From NCBI GenBank assembly GCA_021779205.1, contig JAJYBE010000002.1, positions 1-36,056 of the forward strand: a stretch of 36,056 nt of DNA, written 5' to 3'. Positions within the stretch are counted from its first letter, which is position 1, and each line of letters begins with the position of its first letter. The translations under genes and the position numbers were made by a program. The DNA comes from a bacterium (GTDB lineage: Bacteria; Patescibacteriota; Minisyncoccia; Moranbacterales; UBA2206). The notes under the pieces are model-generated. The model saw only the letters and a program-made list of their open reading frames with translations. It did no database searches and was not told where the DNA came from. Positions 1 to 8,411 of the stretch are shown here, piece by piece.

Positions 1-2
1 GT

Positions 3-1841
3 CTTGATTGGCAATCTGTTGGCACAACTGCTTCGAGTTGTACGGCAGGAAGAAAATGCGAATATTATGTATCTGATGGAAAAACTAATCCAACAAAATA
101 TGTTTCACTAACGGGTGATTATGGTCGAGCAACTGCTGATAAAATTGATGTGCACGGAAGATACGCAATCAATATGTACAAGCCTGGTTATCTGCAATAT
201 TTTCGCTTTTTCATACCACCGGGAACCAGAGATATAGATGCCACTATTCTTGAATGGCAAGGTCAAAGTATCGTTGCTCGTCACCAAATTATTCCCACAA
301 ATGATTTTGGGCAATCATCTAAGCAGTCTTATTCTTTATCGGATTATGAATCTGTCGATCAAAGTATTAAGGGCATAGATCCTAGTCAAAATAATGGACG
401 AATACAAATCTTGAAAGATTCATTTGTCTCACCCTATCTTTCAAAAGATCGTGCCGGTTGGTTTTATGTGAAAGTAAATGGAGATCTCGGTTCGTCTTCC
501 TATTATAATTCAGTTTATATTACTGTTGATGCCACTACCTATAATAACTGGTATGATCATTCGGGATCAAATGCGGACGGATCTATTAATTGGGCAAAAG
601 ATGTGGAAAGTGTTGAAACTTATGGTTCAAACACGGCAGGAAGTTCTAGCATCTGTGCTTCTAGCTGTTCGGGTAGTGATCTAACTTGCCAAGCAATACA
701 ACCAACCAATTCAACAAAATCAACATCCGGTTCTTGTTGTGATGGAAAAAGTTGTTATCAATGTCCGTCTGGTTATTTTTGGAATACAACCAGTTGCTCA
801 AAGTTGAGTGATACTTGCGATCTTTCTGCCACGCTTTCAGCCACTCCGGTAAGTGGAAGCTCTCCATTGACGGTTGATGTAAAATCCAACATAAACGCAG
901 CTCACGGACCAATTTATTGTGATAATCAAGATTGCAATGGTGGAACAGTTTCTAATATTGACACCGCGACAACTCATGGGTGTAATTTTACTTGCGCATA
1001 TAATTCCAGTGGCACATATCAACCTACGGTGCATATTGCAAATTCTGCTTGTGCAAAAGATCCAACCGCAATAATTACTGCTTCTTCCGGTACATCTTCT
1101 TCTTGCGCCTCAACCACTTGTCTTGGCAATTCTTGCTGGAACGGTACAGAGTATGTCCAAGGCACCAAAACGGAAGGTTGCGCCACAGGCAGTGCTACCG
1201 TTACTCCCAATCCGTTAATTTTGCCAAACGCAACTGAAAAAATCACTTGGACCACCACTAACGCTTCCAAAGTAGATGCTCAATGTTATGGATTGAAAGA
1301 TGTCGCCAAAGGCGGTTGGTTTATCAATACTGCAGCTTGTCATACTGCTGGATATTGCGATAATGACGGCTATCAATTTAAATTTAATTCAACCACTCAA
1401 ACCGGACAAGAAGTTTGCGTTCTTTTTCCCTACAATAAATCTGATGGAAAATCCGGTACGCCGTTTTTTGCTATAATGAATATTAATGCATCCGCTTCTG
1501 CTAAAACAGATGGACAATGCGGAACGGCCAACAAAACCTATGACGCAACAGCCACAAGTTGGGGGAGCGATACTTTTTGCGCTCAAGGCACTGCCAGTTC
1601 AGCAAGTCCAACTTTCCCCACCGTATCCGCTCCCGCGACCTGGACTTGCCAGGGGACTAATGGTGGGGCGGATATCAATTGTGTTGCTCAAAAACAGATA
1701 AGTGTTAAAACTAGCACCGAATCTCAAAGCCCCAGTTATATTTGCCAACCGGATGATGCCAATTGTCCGGAGACAACTTGTGCCGGAACATATTGCAATA
1801 ATGGCTGTGCGTTAGTCCCGGGAAAAAAGAAATGCAAGTAA
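3..1841 (+). CDS. Secreted Cys/Ser/Thr-rich surface protein, 5'-partial (frame is open to the window edge), with a PKD-like domain and a four-Cys module
   Basis: Frame 3 has no stop from nt 3, so the ATG at 150 in the ORF track is probably internal. PKD-like stretch ATPVSGSSPLTVDV...AYNSSGTYQPTVHIAN lies at about nt 819-1082. The rest is Cys-rich low-complexity sequence. It shares a CC-x-G-x2-CY..PS..W motif with the ORF at 15239-17212. Confidence 0.7.
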   Translation, partial: LDWQSVGTTASSCTAGRKCEYYVSDGKTNPTKYVSLTGDYGRATADKIDVHGRYAINMYKPGYLQYFRFFIPPGTRDIDATILEWQGQSIVARHQIIPTNDFGQSSKQSYSLSDYESVDQSIKGIDPSQNNGRIQILKDSFVSPYLSKDRAGWFYVKVNGDLGSSSYYNSVYITVDATTYNNWYDHSGSNADGSINWAKDVESVETYGSNTAGSSSICASSCSGSDLTCQAIQPTNSTKSTSGSCCDGKSCYQCPSGYFWNTTSCSKLSDTCDLSATLSATPVSGSSPLTVDVKSNINAAHGPIYCDNQDCNGGTVSNIDTATTHGCNFTCAYNSSGTYQPTVHIANSACAKDPTAIITASSGTSSSCASTTCLGNSCWNGTEYVQGTKTEGCATGSATVTPNPLILPNATEKITWTTTNASKVDAQCYGLKDVAKGGWFINTAACHTAGYCDNDGYQFKFNSTTQTGQEVCVLFPYNKSDGKSGTPFFAIMNINASASAKTDGQCGTANKTYDATATSWGSDTFCAQGTASSASPTFPTVSAPATWTCQGTNGGADINCVAQKQISVKTSTESQSPSYICQPDDANCPETTCAGTYCNNGCALVPGKKKCK

Positions 1842-1866
1842 GAATAATCGGTTTAATTTAAATCGA

Positions 1867-2340
1867 ATGCCTGTTTTTGCTTTTGAAAAATCAATTGGAG
1901 CGGTGATTTTTATCATAGAAAAAGATGTTCCGCTCTTTTTGCTTTTGCATTATCCGGCGGGACATTGGGGTTTTGTGAAAGGGCATATTGAAAAAAAAGA
2001 AACAAATGAAGTGACTTTGCGTAGAGAGGCCGAAGAAGAAACGGGTTTGGTTGATTTAAAGATAATGCCAAATTTTTTGGCAAGCGAGGTATATTATTAT
2101 AAAGCAAGGGGTGAAGAAGAAAGAAAAAGAATCAAGGCCGGAAGAGGAACGAGAATTTTTAAAAGAGTTATCTATTATTTGGCTAAAGTTAATCGGACAA
2201 AAGTCAGATTATCGCATGAGCATCAAGGTTTTGCTTGGCTTGATTATAATCAAGCGCTTGAAAGAGTAAGTAATCAAAATTCCAAAAAAGTATTAGAAAA
2301 GGCACAAAGATTTTTGATTGAATATTTGCCAAAAAAATAA
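1867..2340 (+). CDS. Nudix hydrolase (Ap4A-hydrolase-like)
   Basis: Exact Nudix box G-x5-E-x7-REUxEExGU: GHIEKKETNEVTLRREAEEETGL, preceded by HYPAGHWGFVKGH, which is typical of the Ap4A-hydrolase-like subgroup. Confidence 0.85.
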   Translation: MPVFAFEKSIGAVIFIIEKDVPLFLLLHYPAGHWGFVKGHIEKKETNEVTLRREAEEETGLVDLKIMPNFLASEVYYYKARGEEERKRIKAGRGTRIFKRVIYYLAKVNRTKVRLSHEHQGFAWLDYNQALERVSNQNSKKVLEKAQRFLIEYLPKK

Positions 2341-2360
2341 ATTCAGTTAGAATAAAGATT

Positions 2361-4082
2361 ATGAGTATTGGAAAAAAGCTTAGACTAAAATTTATAGCGG
2401 TAGTTATTTTTGCCGTTTTGGTCGGATTGATTGCTTATCCGAAGGCGGTAATAAAAATACCGAAGCTTTTTAATGCTTTAAATAAGCCAAAAATTAACCT
2501 TGGTTTGGATTTGCAAGGAGGGATTCATCTTGAATATAAGGCTGATGTAAGCCAAATTGATAATTCAAAGGTTGCTGAAGCAATGCAGGCGGTGCAGGAT
2601 GTAATTGAGAGAAGAGTAAATGCTTTTGGTGTCGCCGAGCCGGTGGTATACACAACAAAATCAGGCAGGGAACAGCGCTTAGTTGTTGAATTAGCCGGGA
2701 TAAAAGATATAAATCAAGCGAAAAATTTAATTAGCGCAACGCCGCTTTTGGAATTTAAGACCGAAAAAACAGATGTTGGCGAGCAAATTCCCCAAGATGT
2801 GCTTGATAAGACAAATGAGGAAAATAAAGCTAAGGCGCAAGGCTTGCTTGACCAAATTAAAAATGGCGCTGATTTTGCAATATTGGCCAAAGAGAATAGT
2901 CAGGATCCGGGATCAAAAGATAGCGGTGGCGATCTGGGTTTTGTTAAAAAAGGAACATTTGTTCCTGAATTTGATAAAGTGCTTTTCGATGGAAATCTAA
3001 AGGATGGAGCTGTTTATCCCGATTTAGTGGAAACTCAATTTGGCTGGCATATTATAAAAAAAATAGAACAACGAGGCAGCGGGGATAATTTAGAAGTTCA
3101 TAGCGCACACATTTTAATTTCCAAGGCTACTCAGCCGGTACCAAAAACGACTTGGGTATTGACTGGTCTTTCGGGGAAAAATCTTAAAAGTGCCAGTGTT
3201 CAATTTAAAACTCAAGGGTTATCCGAGCCGGAAGTGGCGCTTAAATTTGATGATGCCGGCACTAAGCTTTTTGCTGACATAACTAAAAATAATATTGGTA
3301 AAAGAGTGGCAATTTTTTTGGATGGTTCAATCATTACTGCTCCGACAGTGCAGTCAGAAGTTTCCAACGGGGAAGCGGTGATAACCGGAAATTACACGCT
3401 TGATGAAGCGAAAAATTTGGTTAAAAGATTAAATGAAGGCGCTTTGCCCGTTCCGATAAGCTTGGTTGGACAACAATCAGTTGAGGCGACATTGGGGCAA
3501 TCTTCTTTGGAGAAAAGTTTGAGAGCGGGAGTAATCGGCTTAGCTTTAGTAATAATTTTTATGCTTTTTTATTACCGATTTTTAGGTTTAATCGCCTCTT
3601 TTGCTTTGCTTATTTATTCTGCATTAATGATTTCCATTTTTAAATTATCAGGATTCACTCCATGGCAAATTACACTGACACTTCCTGGTATTGCCGGATT
3701 TGTGTTGTCAATCGGAATGGCCGTGGATGCGAATATTTTAATTTTCGAAAGAACGAAAGAAGAAATATGCAAGGGACGCAACATTTTGAGTGCAATCGAG
3801 GAGGGCTTTAAAAGAGCATGGACATCAATTCGCGATGGAAATGTCTCCTCGATTATAACCGCGTTTATTTTAATGGAAATGGGCACGGGATTTGTCAAGG
3901 GTTTTGCTGTAACATTGATTATTGGAGTTTTAATGTCAATGTTTACCGCAGTCATTATCACTCGAACTATTTTGCGTTTTGTTCTGGGAGGTTGGATTGA
4001 AAATAAGTTGTGGTTAGTTGGCGCAAAGAAAGATGAAAATAACGAAATTCTTAAGAAAAATAATATTAAAAATAAGAATTGA
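2361..4082 (+). CDS. secD: Protein translocase subunit SecD with an inserted parvulin-type PPIase domain
   Basis: N-terminal TM followed by LGLDLQGGIHLEY. P1-head motifs are present (VAIFLDGSIITAPTVQSEV..GEAVITGNYTLDEAKNLVKRLNEGALPVP), followed by a C-terminal six-TM region. Sits directly upstream of secF. Confidence 0.9.
   Translation: MSIGKKLRLKFIAVVIFAVLVGLIAYPKAVIKIPKLFNALNKPKINLGLDLQGGIHLEYKADVSQIDNSKVAEAMQAVQDVIERRVNAFGVAEPVVYTTKSGREQRLVVELAGIKDINQAKNLISATPLLEFKTEKTDVGEQIPQDVLDKTNEENKAKAQGLLDQIKNGADFAILAKENSQDPGSKDSGGDLGFVKKGTFVPEFDKVLFDGNLKDGAVYPDLVETQFGWHIIKKIEQRGSGDNLEVHSAHILISKATQPVPKTTWVLTGLSGKNLKSASVQFKTQGLSEPEVALKFDDAGTKLFADITKNNIGKRVAIFLDGSIITAPTVQSEVSNGEAVITGNYTLDEAKNLVKRLNEGALPVPISLVGQQSVEATLGQSSLEKSLRAGVIGLALVIIFMLFYYRFLGLIASFALLIYSALMISIFKLSGFTPWQITLTLPGIAGFVLSIGMAVDANILIFERTKEEICKGRNILSAIEEGFKRAWTSIRDGNVSSIITAFILMEMGTGFVKGFAVTLIIGVLMSMFTAVIITRTILRFVLGGWIENKLWLVGAKKDENNEILKKNNIKNKN
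2808..3126 (+). other. Parvulin (PpiC/rotamase) domain embedded in the SecD periplasmic P1 region
   Basis: LLDQIKNGADFAILAKENSQDPGSKDSGGDLGFVKKGTFVPEFDKVLF...VETQFGWHIIKK closely resembles Par10/PrsA-type parvulins. The HILV-type strand (HSAHILIS) comes after this core rather than before it. Confidence 0.8.
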
Positions 4083-4091
4083 TTTTTTTAT

Positions 4092-5000
4092 ATGTCTAAT
4101 TTCAATATAATAGCCAAAACAAAATATGCTTATATTTTTTCCGGAGTATTGACTATTCTGAGTATTTTAGCGCTTTTTGTCTGGGGATTAAAATTCGGAA
4201 TTGATTTTACCGGAGGGACGCTTATGGAATTTAAGTTTGAAAAAAATATTCCGGCAAATCAAGAAATTGAAAATACGCTTAAAAATTTAAATTTAAAAAG
4301 TCTTACGCTTCAACAAACCGGCAGTGGTTCGGTATTGATTCGATATGCCTCTGAAGATGACAAAATCAATCAAGATGTGATAAAAGAAATCAGCGAAAAA
4401 TATACTGATGCAAAAAATCTTAGAACCGACTATGCTAATGCTTCAGTTTCTAGTGAATTAAAATCAAAATCGCTTTTGGCAATTTTTTGGGCAGTAGTTG
4501 GGATAATGACTTATATTGCAATTGTTTTTCGTCGAGTTTCCTATCCGGTGGCTTCTTGGAAATATGGCGCCGGAGCGGTGATTGCCTTAATTCATGATAT
4601 TTTGATTACTGTGGGAATTTTTTCCGTTTTAGGGCATTTTTTTGATATAGAAGTGGGCATTCCTTTTATTGCCGCATTGCTTACTATTTTAGGATTTTCG
4701 GTGCATGACACTATTGTGGTTTATGATCGAACGCGAGAAAATTTGCAACGCAATTCATCTGATAAAGGACAATTTCCTGAAATTGTTAATCGTAGTTTAA
4801 ATGAAACATTAATTCGCTCTATTAACACTTCATTTACGGTAATAATGACATTGCTTGCCATTTATATTTTTGGAGGCGATTCAATTAAATATTTTGCTTT
4901 GGCACTTTTGATTGGGGTGACTTTTGGAACATATTCATCGATTTTTATCGCTTCGGCGCTATTGGTAACAAGTTATAATTTACAAATTAAAAAGAAATAA
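4092..5000 (+). CDS. secF: Protein translocase subunit SecF
   Basis: FGIDFTGGTLMEF motif, six-TM architecture, HDILITVG and FSVHDTIVVYDRTRE motifs. Adjacent to secD. Confidence 0.9.
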   Translation: MSNFNIIAKTKYAYIFSGVLTILSILALFVWGLKFGIDFTGGTLMEFKFEKNIPANQEIENTLKNLNLKSLTLQQTGSGSVLIRYASEDDKINQDVIKEISEKYTDAKNLRTDYANASVSSELKSKSLLAIFWAVVGIMTYIAIVFRRVSYPVASWKYGAGAVIALIHDILITVGIFSVLGHFFDIEVGIPFIAALLTILGFSVHDTIVVYDRTRENLQRNSSDKGQFPEIVNRSLNETLIRSINTSFTVIMTLLAIYIFGGDSIKYFALALLIGVTFGTYSSIFIASALLVTSYNLQIKKK

Positions 5001-5004
5001 ATCT

Positions 5005-5337
5005 ATGTGGAATCCATTTGGAAAAAAAAAGAATCAAACTAATGTCTCACAAAATAATAGCGATGTGGATAATGACAAAAAAGACAATCCGCAAGCCGAT
5101 TCTTTGAAAATGAATATGCTTCAAAGATTGGCAATGAAAAAAATGGAAAAAATGAGCTCACAAGAAAAAGCCAAGTTAATGCAAGAGGTATTTAAGCCTG
5201 AAAACAGAAATAGTCTTTTGGCTGCAATGGAAATGATGCGAAAAAGCGGTCAAATTTCAGAAGAGCAATATCAAGCAGCCAAGCAAAATGGGAGTATGAT
5301 CATTGCGGCGCGTAAAAAGCATTATAAATCCAATTGA
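5005..5337 (+). CDS. Hypothetical small Met/Lys/Glu-rich soluble protein
   Basis: 110-aa ORF starting 4 nt after the secF stop. No TM segment and no family I recognise. Confidence 0.5.
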   Translation: MWNPFGKKKNQTNVSQNNSDVDNDKKDNPQADSLKMNMLQRLAMKKMEKMSSQEKAKLMQEVFKPENRNSLLAAMEMMRKSGQISEEQYQAAKQNGSMIIAARKKHYKSN

Positions 5338-5361
5338 CTGGCGAAATTGGGCAATAAAGAT

Positions 5362-6069
5362 ATGTTAAAAAAAGAACATAGAAAAAAGATTATTTTTTCT
5401 GCTGATGATTTTGGAGTAAACGAGTTGGCCAATGCTAATATTTTAAAGTTGGCGCAAGCCGGAAAATTAGATCGAGTGGAAATTATGATCAACAACCGTC
5501 TTCGAAAAGAGGATGCATTAAATTTGGCAAAGACAGGCGTCAAACTGGATATTCATTTGCATCTTATAGGATATGATTCTAATTATTGGCAGGGCGAGCG
5601 TAATCTAGAAAGAGGAATGGTGGAAAGAATCTGTCTTTTTGTTTGGAATTGCACTTTTGGAGAAAATAATCCACGAAAAGTGGTCTTAAAATGGGAAAAT
5701 CAAATTGAGAAGTTCAGAGAAATTTTTGGTCGGTATCCTGATGGGATCGGTTCTCATGAGCATATTCATTATTTTCCTTTTTATTTTAATATATTGCTTG
5801 GTTTAAGCGCGAAATATGAAATTTTTTATGTTCGTTTTGGAAGGCGCAATTTTAGAGGCACTTGTTTAATTGGAAAAATTTTAAATGGACTTAGGGTTAT
5901 TGATCAATGGCTGTTTAAAAAAACTAACTTTGAAACATCTGATTTTATGTTAAGTTTTGATTGGTTTACTGACTTGGATTTTTTAAGTGAAATTTCCGAG
6001 GGCAAAAATGCCGAGGTTGTTTTTCATCCGGAAAGAGTCGAAGAATTTTCTTTTTTAGAAAAAATGTAG
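5362..6069 (+). CDS. YdjC/ChbG-family carbohydrate deacetylase-like protein
   Basis: N-terminal IIFSADDFGVNELANANILKLAQAGKLDRVEIM matches the YdjC family signature (xxDDFG, then G-x-v-s/e-x-m). I use the ATG at 5362 in place of the TTG at 5347 in the track. Confidence 0.65.
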   Translation: MLKKEHRKKIIFSADDFGVNELANANILKLAQAGKLDRVEIMINNRLRKEDALNLAKTGVKLDIHLHLIGYDSNYWQGERNLERGMVERICLFVWNCTFGENNPRKVVLKWENQIEKFREIFGRYPDGIGSHEHIHYFPFYFNILLGLSAKYEIFYVRFGRRNFRGTCLIGKILNGLRVIDQWLFKKTNFETSDFMLSFDWFTDLDFLSEISEGKNAEVVFHPERVEEFSFLEKM

Positions 6070-6129
6070 AAAGTTGTTTTTTGGCTAAAAAAAGCAAAAA
6101 AATTGACAAGACTTGATCAAAAAGCTAAG

Positions 6130-6378
6130 ATGGAATGGATGAAAAGAATTGTTTTAATTCTCATCAAGTTATACCAAAAAACGCTTTCCCTTGATCAGGG
6201 GCTGTTTTCTTTTTTTATATCGGAGCGCATATGTCGGTTTCATCCACTATGCAGTCAATATACTTATGAAGCAATTGATCGATTTGGTGTTTTAAGGGGT
6301 GGGTGGCTGGGATTGAAAAGAGTCTCGCGTTGTCATCCATGGAGTGATGGCGGTTACGATCCTGTTCCAAAAAAATAA
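6130..6378 (+). CDS. yidD: Membrane protein insertion efficiency factor YidD
   Basis: [46 protein letters not shown] is the canonical YidD signature. The start is uncertain: ATG at 6130 or 6139, against the TTG at 6103 in the track. Confidence 0.85.
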   Translation: MEWMKRIVLILIKLYQKTLSLDQGLFSFFISERICRFHPLCSQYTYEAIDRFGVLRGGWLGLKRVSRCHPWSDGGYDPVPKK

Positions 6379-6398
6379 TTGGTTAATAAATTAAAATT

Positions 6399-7364
6399 GT
6401 GTTTACCGATGAAGTTAGAATAAAGGTTATTGCCGGTCGCGGAGGCGATGGAGTGGTAGCTTTTAATAAAATTAAAATGAGCCTTGGTCCGACGGGCGGA
6501 AAGGGCGGTAATGGTGGAAGTGTTTATTTTGAGGGCGTATCCAATTTATCGGCATTGAATAAGTATAAGCATAAAAAGGAGTACTGTGCGGAAAATGGAC
6601 AGAACGGAAAAAAAGACAACTCTGAAGGCAAAGGTGGAAAAGATTTAGTACTAACTGTTCCGATTGGTAGTGTTTTGCATAATACACAAACAAGGGAAGA
6701 AATTGATATTACGCAGGTTGGCCAAAAAATACTTGTGGCAAAAGGTGGCATTGGCGGTCGAGGAAATTTCAGTTTTCGTTCTCCAATCAATACTTCGCCC
6801 AAAGAGAGAGAGCTGGGAAAGCCGGGAACGGAGTTTGATTTTTATATCGAATTAAGATTTATTGCCGACATTGGCTTAGTCGGCTTGCCTAATGCGGGAA
6901 AATCATCTTTGCTTAATGAACTTACGAAGGCCGATGCTAAAGTGGGAAACTATAATTTTACCACTTTGGAGCCTAATTTGGGTGTAATGGACCGGTTTAT
7001 TTTAGCCGATATTCCCGGGTTGATTGAAGGTGCTTCGCTGGGGAAGGGTTTGGGAATAAAATTCTTGCGCCACATTCAAAGAACAAAAATTTTAGCACAT
7101 TGCATCAGTCTCGAAACAAATGACTTGCTTGGCGATTATGAAATTATTAAAAAAGAATTACAAAATTATGATCAAAAATTAGCAGAAAAGAAAGAAATAA
7201 TTTTGCTTACAAAATCGGATATGCTTGATGAAAAATCAGTCAAAAAAAAGATCAAACAAATAAAAAAAGAAAAAGGCGATTTGGAAATATGCGCTGTGTC
7301 TGTTTATGATCAGGATAGCTTGGAATGTTTGAGAAAAAAATTTTTAACAATGCTAATAAAATAA
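6399..7364 (+). CDS. obg: GTPase Obg
   Basis: GTG start gives MFTDEVRIKVIAGRGGDGVVAF. Gly-rich Obg fold (GGKGGNGGSVYF, GGIGGRGN) and G domain motifs GLPNAGKSSL, DIPGLIEGA, TKSD. At 321 aa the protein is short and has no long C-terminal extension. Confidence 0.92.
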   Translation: MFTDEVRIKVIAGRGGDGVVAFNKIKMSLGPTGGKGGNGGSVYFEGVSNLSALNKYKHKKEYCAENGQNGKKDNSEGKGGKDLVLTVPIGSVLHNTQTREEIDITQVGQKILVAKGGIGGRGNFSFRSPINTSPKERELGKPGTEFDFYIELRFIADIGLVGLPNAGKSSLLNELTKADAKVGNYNFTTLEPNLGVMDRFILADIPGLIEGASLGKGLGIKFLRHIQRTKILAHCISLETNDLLGDYEIIKKELQNYDQKLAEKKEIILLTKSDMLDEKSVKKKIKQIKKEKGDLEICAVSVYDQDSLECLRKKFLTMLIK

Positions 7365-7367
7365 TTT

Positions 7368-8099
7368 ATGTATTGGATTTTTTCCATTTTATTTTTATTT
7401 GCGGTTATGATTCCGGATATTATTCGCGGACCGGTTTATTTTCTCAAAGAAGAGCGGGCAGAAGAAGTGATGATTTTTATTTTAGGTTCAATCGCTTTTC
7501 TGACTTTTATTCGCAATGAACGGCGCGTTGTGGCTCAAAAACAAGAAAAAGAAAATGCACAAAAGAGAATTGATCAAACAGTCAAAGATTTAGTGGATTC
7601 CTATAGCTATATCGGAGAAGTGAATCGCAAGATGGATATTTTAATGGAGGTGGCGCTGGGGTTGACGGATCGTTCATTATTGGATGCAAAAAAAGAAAAA
7701 GAAGTTTATGAATCAATTGTAAATGCTGCTAATTTTCTTTTGAAAGCTAATTCAACAATATTGCGTTTTGTTAATCTGGAAACAAAAAAAACCGAGCAAG
7801 AGTTTAAGGTTTTGGAAAATGTAAAGACGCATATCTCAAATAAAGACTTGATAGAAATGCCTGAAAATGTTAATATAAAAAAGCAAAAAAAATGTTTGAT
7901 TGTATCTTCTCCACAAAAAATCAATCAAATAAGAAGTTATTTTGTGATTGATGGTTATGATGAAAAAGAGGAGAAAAAACCAAAGAATTTGGAGATTTTG
8001 AAATTATTTGTTTCTCAAGCTATATTTTTATATGCATATGTGAAAAAAAACGAGATTGCTGATTGCGATTGTGCGAAAAGTGAAAATGTTAATAATTAA
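7368..8099 (+). CDS. Hypothetical membrane protein (two N-terminal TM helices plus a cytoplasmic domain)
   Basis: 243-aa ORF tightly packed after obg. Hydrophobic N-terminus. No family recognised. Confidence 0.55.
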   Translation: MYWIFSILFLFAVMIPDIIRGPVYFLKEERAEEVMIFILGSIAFLTFIRNERRVVAQKQEKENAQKRIDQTVKDLVDSYSYIGEVNRKMDILMEVALGLTDRSLLDAKKEKEVYESIVNAANFLLKANSTILRFVNLETKKTEQEFKVLENVKTHISNKDLIEMPENVNIKKQKKCLIVSSPQKINQIRSYFVIDGYDEKEEKKPKNLEILKLFVSQAIFLYAYVKKNEIADCDCAKSENVNN

Positions 8100-8114
8100 T
8101 TTTTTTATAAATAT

Positions 8115-8390
8115 ATGGAAAAAGAAAAAATTAAACCACTAGGTGAAAATTTATTAGTAAAATTAGCTAAGGCGGATAAAAAAACAAAATCAGGTATTTT
8201 TTTGCCTGACACGGCCAATGCCGATCGACCGCAAGAAGGATTGGTTATTGCAATTGGAGAGAGTGACAAAATTAAAGTTAAAAAGAATCAAACCGTGCTT
8301 TTTGCAAAATATTCCGGAACGGAAATTAAAATAAATGGAGATGACTTTTTGATTCTTAAAGCGGAAGATATTTTGGCAATAATTGAATAA
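8115..8390 (+). CDS. groES: Co-chaperonin GroES
   Basis: IKPLGENLLVK...KTKSGIFLPDTA...PQEGLVIAIGE...KYSGTEIKINGDDFLILKAEDILAII is the classical Cpn10 pattern. Confidence 0.92.
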   Translation: MEKEKIKPLGENLLVKLAKADKKTKSGIFLPDTANADRPQEGLVIAIGESDKIKVKKNQTVLFAKYSGTEIKINGDDFLILKAEDILAIIE

Positions 8391-8411
8391 TCGATTGATT
8401 AAAAAAACAAT

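Noticed and set aside
4080-4082. Possible alternative genetic code (UGA recoded as Gly, as in some CPR lineages).
   Set aside because: TGA terminates several well-defined genes at the expected protein lengths (secD at 4080-4082; the ORFs ending at 5337, 21178, 23570 and 35197). No recognised gene is interrupted by in-frame TGA. Standard code 11 fits.
7368-8099. Possible degenerate histidine-kinase dimerisation motif (DLVDSYSYIGEVNRKMDILMEV, with Tyr where the phospho-His would be) in the hypothetical membrane protein.
   Set aside because: The resemblance to HisKA is weak and rests on a few residues. There is no ATPase domain and no response regulator nearby. It cannot be supported without a profile search.
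8115-8390. groES without an adjacent groEL; the next gene is convergent on the other strand.
   Set aside because: This is unusual relative to the common groES-groEL operon, but groEL may simply be elsewhere in the genome. Nothing in this window shows loss, so I do not count it as a finding.
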